A stretch of DNA of 64,000 nt, from NCBI GenBank assembly GCA_964247055.1, contig OZ176054.1:3596001-3660000 (forward strand), written 5' to 3'. Both the position numbers and the translations under genes were made by a program. Shown one piece after another: positions 50,732-61,451 of this stretch. Under the pieces are notes generated by a model. It did not search any database, was not told the DNA's origin, and worked only from the letters and a program-made list of their open reading frames with translations. The DNA comes from Paragordius varius (taxonomy: Eukaryota; Animalia; Nematomorpha). Position 1 is the first letter of the stretch; every line of letters begins with the position of its first letter.

Positions 50732-50852
50732 AATGTTTTACCTAAATAAATTGAATAAATGAATTTAAAATATTTATACTCTTTTTTTGTTATTTAAAAT
50801 AATATTAACAATCAATATTGTAAAATACAATCCAATACACTTTCAGCTATAT

Positions 50853-53800
50853 ATGCAACACTTAATTAATGTTGTTTTTACGTTTTTACTCATGACGGAG
50901 ACGGCATCCATACATATTCAAGTAGGGAATATTAGTCAACTAGAAGTCAAATGGGCTTATGATGGAATTTTGGGGCCCAGTCATTGGCCTTTACTTTACC
51001 CATACTGTGGCGGTTTTCGTCAATCACCCATAAATATTGAAAGTGAAAATGCTGTGTATGATCCATTATTAACTTCCCTCAATATATCACCTAATATGCT
51101 TTTGCCTACGGATCAAATTTTAACGGCAGAAAATTCAGGGAAAGGAGTTAAAATTACAATAGGTGGTGATGAAAAACAAACTGTAATCGGGGCAGGTTTA
51201 CCATCGTCCTATAACGCTAAACAATTTCATTTTCATTGGGGTCAAAGGAATAAACAGGGTTCCGAACATTCTATCGATGGAAGAAAGTATCCTATGGAGG
51301 TTTAACCACATATCTATGGTCATTTAACATATTTTTATTATTAACTTTATATCTATCAAAATAATATCCATGGATTTCGTCCATTTGTGCAACATAAGGC
51401 ATCGAACTAGACATCCACAAACTTTTTGGTTTGGTAGAAATATAGAAAATATTATTTATATCAATATAATTAATATAATTTTGTTATGTACACCATATTG
51501 AGTTTGAACTAATATTTTAAGGAGTAAAAAATTTGAAAAATGTATTTAAAGAGCTTTTTATGCAAATCGATTGTTTTATTTGGGCATGCAAATTATATTT
51601 TACCTACATTATATGGGAAAATTAAATTAATTTTGTTAAAATTTTTAAACTCATTTCGTAATATTGATCGCACAAGAGGCCAATACACTGTATAATCAAA
51701 GAAAATATAATTGAAGAGGTAATTGTATTATAATGAAATGTAATGTATATTATGGGTAACATGACCGAGCATTAGGTCAAGTACTTCAATAGGCAAACGG
51801 TTTAAATCAGTGGTTTCCAACTTTATTTGTTCGTGCCCACCAAATTGAAAATAAGATTTCTTGCGCCCCCTCTCAAAAAGTCCGAAATAAAAATGTAAAA
51901 TTTATTATAATGTTATAAAAATCCCAATCAATGAGATTTTTGTATTAACTTTTGAAATATTTTATCATATCGGTGACAAATTTTGATAGTTTTGCACCTG
52001 AAATCCTTCAATTTGTTGGTTTTATTTCTCCAAATTTTTCGCGCCCCCTTAATATTTTTTTACACTACCCTCCCCCCCTTGGGGAGCGTTGCCCCCTTTT
52101 GGGAACCACTTAAATGAAAAAAATCTTATGGCTCAAAAAATTAGATAAAAATTTGAGTCTCCATTTTTGTGGGATGAAAGAAAATCTTATGACATCATAA
52201 CCCAAAAAGATAAGGAAAATATAGGAGCCTCTTGAATCGATTCATAAGCGTTTTAAGTCAGCTGAACGGTCCGTCCCTTCACATGACCCTATTTAATTTT
52301 TTAAATAAAAGCATGCTTAGAATATTACGTTAGAATTTAGAATTAAAATAAATTTAAGCGCATAAAATTGAACTTAAACAGGTTGATAAGGTGAGCCAAC
52401 AAAATATTATCTCATGGTCTTTTAACAAATTCATAATTGGCTGATTTTTAAGCGCACACTTAATAGATATTTGTATTTTATAGATGTATTGACAAGCATT
52501 TTATTTCATATATAACAGCTACATTTCATATTTGTCCAAAGCAAATACGATAACATTAGTTTTGCCTTAAATGATCCTAATGGCTTAGCTATATTCGCTA
52601 TGCTGATTGAAATTGGAGACTACAATCCCTTGTTTACTAATGTGATAAATGCACTGGATCAAATCAAATTTGAAGGTTCTTATCGATGATCTTGCTTAAA
52701 TTAATAATTCAAATGGTACAAGAATGGGGATCAAAAAAGCTCTATAAACGATTCATATATCATTTGGTCGCTAAAAGCTTCAGGATATCAAAAAGAAATG
52801 AGGTTCATAATGTAGAATAAAGGTTTTTTTAATTTTTCTGCTATAAATAAAAAATCGCATGCTTGTGGCACATTGGAGAAAAGCGCATCAAAGAAATTTT
52901 AGTTAATAATATATACTATAAGGATATTCCTAAACGCAAAATATTATCTATAAAAATTTTAAAAATATACCAGAGGGTCTATAAGGAACATAGAGGAATT
53001 AATGCTAAAAAATTGCACTTTGGTGTCAATATCGAATGTAATAAACTTGTTATTAAGCGGCAAAACATTTTTAATTTAATTTATAACTATCATATATTTA
53101 CTGTATGTTTAAAGTTTACCCAATATATCGCATTCAAAAAATGATATTTATGAAAAGGTATTTTTAGGGTATAATTTTACAAAACATCCAATATATACCA
53201 TTTACAGTTTAAATTCACACTTGAACTATTCAAATTCACTCTAAAACAAATTATGTATTTTTTAAGATTAAAATTACCTTATAATATATCAAATAATACT
53301 GAAAAAATATAAACTTTGCCCTAATATATTTCATATTGATAATGAGTTAAGTTATCCCGAAAACACAATTTATTTTAGGGTTAAAAAACATTTATTAAAT
53401 ACCAAAATCATGTGTGTAGGATTTCACAATATAAGAGTTATATACTAACTATTTTGCTTGAAGCTACAATTAACATTAACTAGGTATCACAAAGAGTCAT
53501 AAGTGTTTACAATTATATAGGTGCGTTTGTGTCCACGAAAGTAGGATCTAACTTAACAAGGGTGAATTTGAATAGTTCAAGGGTAATTTGAATTGTTCAA
53601 GGGTAATGATTTGTACAAGAGTGAATTTGAATTGTTCAAAAGTATTGAATTGTAAATGGTATATAAAATATATAATAGATAAAAAAATAAAAAATGTCTT
53701 GACGCTTAATAACAAGTTTATTGGATTTAAATTGACATCAAAGAGCATTTTTTTAGCATAAATTCCTCTGAGTCCCTTAAGGACCCTCTGAAATAAATTT

Positions 53801-54954
53801 ATAGATAATGTTTTGCGTTTGGGAATATCCTTATGGTATATATTATCAAGTAAAATTTCGTTGACTCGTTTTTCTCCATTTTATTTACTAAAAATCTAAT
53901 ATGCGACAAGAATGTGATTTTTTGATCTAATAGCAGAAAAATTGGATTAACCTTTTTTCCAGATTATCAATCGCTATTTCCGATATTCATTCTGAAGCTT
54001 TTAGCCATCATATATGATTCTAGAGCATTTTTGCTGAGCACCGTGTAATATATTCTAAAACGTAAACATGTGACCAGTTCGCGAATCAAAACAAAATTTA
54101 ATTAGAAAAGTTTTTAAAAGAATATTTGTTTTTATTGCGTTCCCCTTCAGTTACGATGCTTTTATTAAAAAACTGCACAATAGTAATTTTTAAAAAAAGT
54201 GAGCCTTACATCGTAGGCCAAATTAACACTGGAGCTAACTAAAATTGATATGTTAATATCCGATGTTTAAATAAAAATTATTAACATTTTTTTAATATAT
54301 TTTAGGTGACAAAATAAATGTCCGCAATTTCCCATTACGCGATCTCTTTCCCTCAAATATCAGGGTAGGTACTATTAATATAAGTAGTTTATAGAAAAAA
54401 TATAAAGATTCAAATTATCTAAAAACATTTAACTTTTAAAAAGATTATTATAATTATTTTAGTTCAAATTTAATAAATGATTAAAATTATCCATTTTTAA
54501 ACGTTCTTTCTGATCAAGTAATGAATATCTCATACTGGCTTTTCCAGTTGTAAATTGATATAATATATCTTTTTTGTAGGATTATTATCGTTACAAAGGA
54601 TCGCTGCCAATTCCGGATTGTAATGAGGTCGTGATATGGACCGTTTTTTCAGAAACTATAAAATTATCACAAGAACAAATGAATATGTTTCGTCACTTAA
54701 TGTCACGCCCTAAATTTTCACCGTACCAGCAGGAAATATCCAATAATTTTCGCCCAATACAAAATTTGTATGATAGGATTGTAAGGACATCTCATAGAAA
54801 ACATTACAAATTAGCTAATAAAAAGTCTATGCTTGATCCTGTTAATTCTATAGGTAAACAATTAATGTATGACGAACAAGTACTTCCATCCGAAATCAAT
54901 AAGGAAATTGAAAAAGAAATGTTAGATGATAAATTGAAAATATCTGGGCTATAA
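50853..54954 (+). CDS. Alpha-carbonic anhydrase, secreted type (signal peptide, Cys pair), atypical active site
   Basis: Exons 50853-51299, 52519-52675, 54306-54364, 54580-54954. Motifs W.Y...GP.HW, C.G.RQSPINI, QFHFHWG (His94/96), GSEH, PMELH (His119), YYRYKGSL, NNFRPIQ. N-terminal hydrophobic MQHLINVVFTFLLMTETAS. Confidence 0.9.
51808..52110. mobile_element. hAT (Charlie/MER5-like) MITE of about 300 bp in carbonic anhydrase intron 1
   Basis: Ends CAGTGGTTTCCAA ... TTGGGAACCACT. The left flank GTTTAAAT reappears on the right as TAAAT, consistent with a 4-nt deletion at the junction. Confidence 0.7.
53557..53655 (+). repeat. Minisatellite, about 5 copies of an 18-21-bp unit (CAAGGGTGAATTTGAATTGTT)
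   Basis: Direct tandem recurrence visible in carbonic anhydrase intron 2. Confidence 0.75.
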
Positions 54955-55138
54955 TATTATTATGTGAAATGTATATATTATGAATAATAAGAATATAAAA
55001 CTTGGCCTTTAAAGGAAAAATGTTTATATATATAATAGTTATCATTGAATTGCACTGCATCCCAAATCGGGGAGGGTGGGAATTATAAAGAAATAACCTG
55101 ATTATATATATTATAATCGGAAAATGTATTACTATCAG

Positions 55139-56178
55139 GATCATCATAGTGCTTTTGGTTTCGGCTACGAGTGATTTAAGAAATTATTTTCAGTTTTGTA
55201 GTAAATCCTCCATATCAAAAATTTGCGAAATTCGCGCATATTTTTTTAAATAAATTTTGATGCAAGCTAACTTCATTCCAAAAAAATATCACTAAAATAG
55301 ATCAATAGCTAAAATAAAAGCCAAACAATATTTTTAAAAAATTTAATTTTTTAGATGTGGTCTCCCATTCAAAATTTTTTCGCTTTTCAGAGTGGACTTC
55401 TCTCAACATCAATGCCAACTTGCGCAATATATTTTATATAGGCTAAATTTTGATGTCATTTAAATTTTCAGCAAATTTTGTTGTCTACTTTATACTACTT
55501 TGAGGCATGATGAAAACGTTATGAAAACGCTTAGGAAATAAAAACAGTTTTCTATATAATTCGATGATGCTAACATATCACCTCTATAATCTTAATTTAA
55601 TGGTTTCATTTGCTTATAAAGCTTGGTCAATTTTTTTTAAAAAATACTTATTAACATAAATTTGAAAATAAACATATATTTTAATCAAAATTCTAAGGTG
55701 ATAAAAATGCTCAGCATTATCGAATTATATAGAAGTAATTTCATAATATCTACTAAGCTATACCGTTTTCATCATGTTTCAAAATAGTATAATTATCTCA
55801 ACAAAATATTCCTTATAATTTTTGTAAAAAGTATGCAAAAAATCATTTTATTTGAATCAAAATTTAATACTTATTTAAAATATTTATCGATCTATTCGGG
55901 CATTTTTGCGTTTATTTTAATACAAATTGCTCATTTTAAAAGCGAAAAAATTCGGACCCCACATTTAAAAGTTATTTTTTTAAAAAAATATTTTTTTATA
56001 GATATTTTATGATATTTTATAGTGATATTTTTTTGGGAATGCATTTAACTTTCACGAAAAAAAATTTATTTAACAAAATTGCGCAAGTTTTGCCATTTTC
56101 TAAAAATGAGCACTTGCCACAAAAGTGTGAATAACTTTATCACTAATAAAGGCCAAAACCAAAAGCACCATGATAATC
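55139..56178. mobile_element. Imperfect palindromic element of about 1 kb (long-IR MITE / old foldback)
   Basis: Terminal ATCATAGTGCTTTTGGTTT versus AAACCAAAAGCACCATGAT. Internal mirror blocks at about 55300-55390 / 55900-55990 and 55490-55540 / 55750-55790. Confidence 0.7.
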
Positions 56179-56194
56179 GTACCTTTTCTTATCA

Positions 56195-57110
56195 GAATAT
56201 ATATTTAAGAGCGATTTGAAATTTGAACATCTTAAAAGTATTTAAGGTATTAAGTCAAATTTAAAAATATGCTTTCTTAACCTTTTAGCACTTTGATTCA
56301 AATCATGGGAATTTAAATACCCCAGAATATATTTAAGTTAATATTTTAAAAAACTGTTCAACGAAACGGTATTAATTCAATTTTTGCTTCTCTCTTAGCA
56401 AAAATTATATAAATAAGCCGAAATATATAAATAAAATTTAGTTTTGAAAAATTCTATATCAAACTACTTAGACGCCATTTTTTCAACATTTTTGCAAAAT
56501 ATCATGCTTATTTTAATTTTAAATTTAATTTTTATTTAAATTTCATCTAACATTGACAGAAAGAGAAAAAATGGTTAATTTTGTATTATTTTAGAATTTA
56601 GCTAATGCACAAATGTCATGATGACTAAATATTTACCTTTGGGTTTTACCTTAAAATAGTGATATCAAGTATTTTTGAATAAATTTTTTTTTAATTTCAA
56701 ATTAATGCTATATAAGTGAAACATTTGCCATGATTTCAATCCCTTCTAAATTTTTGAAATATTCAATATTTAACAGGCTATCCTACGAAATGTGTTGCAT
56801 CCAAGTAAGCGTATCATACAATTTTTTGGGCTTATTATTGTTAGAAATTGGAAATAATAAAGCTTTTATGCTACATTTTACCAGTGTAAGCTTGATATTT
56901 TTTGATTTTAATTCATTGTTTCATTTTTCGAAGCTGTCCCAATTTTAGACTTTAGAAGTCACAAAACTTTAAAACATATAAGCTTCCTAATACATGAGAA
57001 CAATGTTTAAAATTAAACTAAAATATTTTTCAAAACTGTAGTTAATTTGCGAAATCTGGGATAACTACCAAAACGTAAACTAGACAGAAAAGTTAAAAGG
57101 TAATGAAGGG
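56195..57110 (+). repeat. Dispersed repeat with fragments elsewhere (about 25040-25235 +, 28500-28900 +, 36290-36400 -)
   Basis: Shared blocks TTTACCTTTGGGTTTTACCTTAAAATA, GCTGTCCCA...CTAATACATGAGAACAATGT, TTTAAGGTATTAAG and GAGCGATTTGAAATTTGA. Confidence 0.7.
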
Positions 57111-57534
57111 TTAAAAATTTGGTCCAATATCTCTATTTTTAGCTAATTAATTTTCCAAAACCTAGGGAAATATAGAAACATATATTTTTTGCTGTTAGTT
57201 TTGATTTCAACATTAACTAGTAGAAAAAATTATCTAGCCTAAAAAATTTTAGAGTGAAAGAGATTTTTAAATATAAAAATTTTAAAATATATTTTAAACC
57301 GTTATCCTATAATAATATCCATGATAACAATTATTAAAATATGCAAAAACATATTGGATAAATAAACTTTAATTATATTTAATATATATTATAAATGAAA
57401 CTAACCTAATGTTGGCTATAAAATATATATTTTTTTTGTTTGGAATCGAAAAATAAATTTTATAAGCATATATAACCTTACTAGATCATGCGCTTTTGTG
57501 CTCGTACACAAAAATGCTGGATATTGTATAAGCT

Positions 57535-60500
57535 ATGATCAAGTTAAAAAGAAAAATAGGGAGTGGATCATTTGGCGACATATATTTAGGTATATTTGCA
57601 TTAAAGTTAGGCTATTCTACTGAAAATGATGAAGAGTATGCGGTAAAACTTGAGCATACATCAAGTGAGCATCCTCAATTAGCCATCGAAGTCAAATTTT
57701 ACAAATATATGCAAGGCATAAGTAAGGAGCAAATTTCTATTTATTATTTTTAATACACTAACTTATTTTTATTGTTATTTATACACTTTTTCCAATAATG
57801 TTTATTCATTAAATTAAAATGTTAATCCGGTTTTTAATTTACAACGTTTTATTCATTTATTATCTCTTGTGCAATTTTTGGTTTTTTTCTTCTTCGTTAA
57901 AAGAATGGAAATTGAAGTTTTGATTGTTTTAATCGTTTTCATTACATTGTGTCTAGTATTTTTAATATGCACTTACATATAATTTATTTAACCTTTAACG
58001 GGGTTTTGTTATAAATGATTACACATTCAATACATAATAATTTTTTCGATTCTTTTTTAATACCGTTTTGATTACCTTTTATCCAATTTGATTATTTTTG
58101 TATTGTTATCGAAAAAAAAGCTGGAATCCCACATCTTTATGCATTTCTCCAAGAAGGCGAATATAATATTATGGTATTTGAGCTTTTGGGACCGAGTCTG
58201 GAAGATTTATTCAATTATTGTCACCGAAAATTTTCGCTCAAAACCGTTTTATTGTTGGCAGATCAAATGGTAATATATATATATATGTTAGTCTACTAAT
58301 GTGTTTAACTAAAAAAATTATTGATTATTTTTTCGCAACATTTTGCATTTTTGTTAATGAATTTTTTTTCGCACATAATTTATATTTAGTAAAAAGTTAT
58401 TTTAAATTTTTAAGTATGAAAAATGTATAATGTTGATTGTTTCATTTTATTAATGTGCATAAACAGAACTCGCCTAATTTTTTAGCACTTATTATATTAT
58501 TTTAAATGTGCATTAAAATACATCAGGGCTGTCTATTTTTCATAATTATTTTATCAAACATTTTCTTGTTTAAATACCCCTAAAACACTAAACATTTTTC
58601 TAATTTTACCTGTAACGTTGCTCTCTATTTCTATGTGTTTTTGTCAACAAATTTGTAGATTGATAGGGTGCAAAGTATTCATAAACATTGTTTCATACAC
58701 CGTGACCTGAAACCGGACAATTTTTTAATGGGTTTAGGCCGCCGCGGAAACATTGTTTACCTGATTGATTTTGGATTGGCTAAACGGTTTGTCGATATTC
58801 GATTCATTCATATCCCATATCGTGATGACAAAAATTTTACTGGCACGGCTCGGTATGCCAGCATTAACACACATATGGGAATCGGTTAGTTTAATAACAA
58901 TTTTTTGGATTTTATGGTGTTTTAATTTGTTTAAAATTAACATAATAATACAAATCAAATGATTCATACATATACTATTATAATAATTATTATTATCATT
59001 GTTCAGATTATTTACGATTTTTTTATCATTCAACTCACAATATTAAAAGTAAAGTATAGGATTGTTTTATCATGACCAAATTTTGCTTCATATAATAGAA
59101 TTTTATATCCCTAGATACTTATTTGTTAAATACCATAGTGTTTGTTTTATCTGGCATTCTTTTTAAGGCTGGAAAGCAATTTATATGCTTGTTTTGGATA
59201 TGAGACTAAATTATATACCCTACCCCCTCTCATTTGCTTTTCCTCTTATTTAATGATTGTGTGTTTTTGTTTTAATATTCATATTTTTTTGTTATATGCA
59301 TATTACTTTTTTTCAAATATAGAGTTGTGTTATGTATTAATTTTGTTTTTTAGAACAAAGTCGACGAGATGATATGGAATCTTTGGGTTACATATTCATT
59401 TACCTGTTGAAAGGTTATCTCCCCTGGCAGGGTATTAAAGCGGCTACTAAGCGACAAAAATACGAAATGATTATGGAAAAGAAAACGACCATAAACGTCG
59501 ATGATTTATGCAAAGGGATTCCCAGTAAAACACATTTTTTTGATTATTCTAGCTAAATATATTTGAAGAATATTTTGCAGATATAAATCTTACTTCTTTT
59601 CATTTTAATTAAAATATAATGACGAAACGAAAAAAATAATTTTTTTATGAAGTAATTTTTGATCTATATATATAATGCAAGACATTAAATTATGGAATAT
59701 CTAATTGAGTGTTACCAATTTGCATCCACATTCCTTATTTCGCTAAAACTAAGGTGATCAAGATTTTTAGAAACATGGCTATTAAAAAATATTTGTATTT
59801 TGTTTGCTTTTTGTCTTTATATAATTACCCATGATTGGCGTTAAAGACCTGATTTTTTATGTCAACATTTTAATGTTTTCCTTTTAAAATTAACCGAATG
59901 ATTTGTAATATTAATAATTTTAATGTATTAAGAGTTTTAATAAATTGGGCAGTGTATATAACATATAAAATTATATAATATGATCAAATATATAAAAATA
60001 TATAAACCTGCTTATAATACTCTTAATTCATTATTTATATAAATATATAGATTAAAAAAATTTATTTAATCATCAATATTTTAGAAGTATTTTGTGAATA
60101 CATTAAATATTGTCGAAAGTTGGCATTTACGGAGGAGCCTGATTATCAAAAAATGCGATATAGTTTTAGAGCATTGGCTCATGCCAAAAAATACAGGTAC
60201 GTCTGTTTAATAAATCTTTTTCGTTTAAGAAGCATTATTATTTTGTAATTATTCACAAAAACAAACACATTATGTATATATGCAATATAAACAATATTTT
60301 TTCTTGATATTATCTTTCAATGAATTTTTGCACATCTATTTGGAATTTTAATCCTTAATTTTTAAATGTTGTATTTATTAAGAAATATTTTTTTTACTTA
60401 ACTAAGTTTTCGTTGTTTCACTAACAACTAATTTTTTCACTAACAACTAATTTGGTTACAGAGATATTTTCACTTTCTTCCGCATTATTAAAAATTTAAA

Positions 60501-60901
60501 TTTAATTTTTTTATTCCAATAAATAATTCAACGCTTTTTACTTTTAATGAAAAAAAAAACATTATATAACTAAAACTTTGTTAGAAAATACTATAATTAC
60601 ATTCATACGCACTTTCTTCAGATATGATTACTTATTTGATTGGAACATCAAAAAGATGCGGAGAGTCGTAACGGATAAGAAAGAGATTTATCGTTGCATT
60701 TCACCCAACAAATACCTTCCAACCATCGCTTCCATTGAGAAGCAATATGAATTAGAGGAGGAAGAACATCGAAAGAAAAAGCTGGAAAAACAAGCCGCCG
60801 CCCTTGAAACCGCGCAAAAGGGTGGAGAGCCCCCCGAGGGGGAACTAAATGGGGAACAACCTACCACCCCACGTAAAACTAAGAAATCAAAGTTATATTA
60901 G
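57535..60901 (+). CDS. Casein kinase 1 family Ser/Thr kinase (short C-terminal form; start codon uncertain)
   Basis: Exons 57535-57589, 57611-57721, 58121-58269, 58659-58884, 59354-59524, 60085-60196, 60622-60901. Motifs [102 protein letters not shown]. Confidence 0.95.
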
Positions 60902-61451
60902 TTTTTCGTCATTATACATATATTGTTAGTTAGTTTTTTATCATGAGTTAGCATTTGTAGTAAAGGGCAATATGCTAAAAGCCAGAGCAAAGGAATATGT
61001 TTTTTTGTTCTTTCTTGATTTTAACCAATAATATTGCTCTTTTGCGCAAAATTTGACAGTAATGAATAATTAATTATGTTTTACGAATACTGTATATTTA
61101 TATATAGTAGTTACCACTCTCTAATATAATTTGTTTTGTCTTTTTTGAATATCATAATTTTCTATATAACGTTGCGATTGGCATTTTTATTATGGCCTAA
61201 CCATATGTATAATGCCATATTTTTTTAATTTTATTTTACAATTAAAAAAATATTTCCACCCATATTTTACTTTATTTTTACATTTGCACCTTATATTTTT
61301 AATAGATTTTACCACATAAATTTGTTGTATAGTAATAAATCATTTTTTTGATACAACCAAAGTTATAAAATTATGGCTAAATTTACCGTTACAATTACAC
61401 TAATTTTTATAGCAATTAGAAAATGCTATTTATAATTTACTGATATTTTAG

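Noticed and set aside
57488-57534. Upstream ATG plus a 29-nt intron (57504-57532) extending the CK1 N-terminus
   Set aside because: Phase-compatible, but it yields no conserved residues, so it was left out of the intron count.
43199-60901. TEX11, carbonic anhydrase and CK1 as a germline or sperm gene cluster
   Set aside because: Only TEX11 has a known germline role; adjacency alone is not evidence without expression data.
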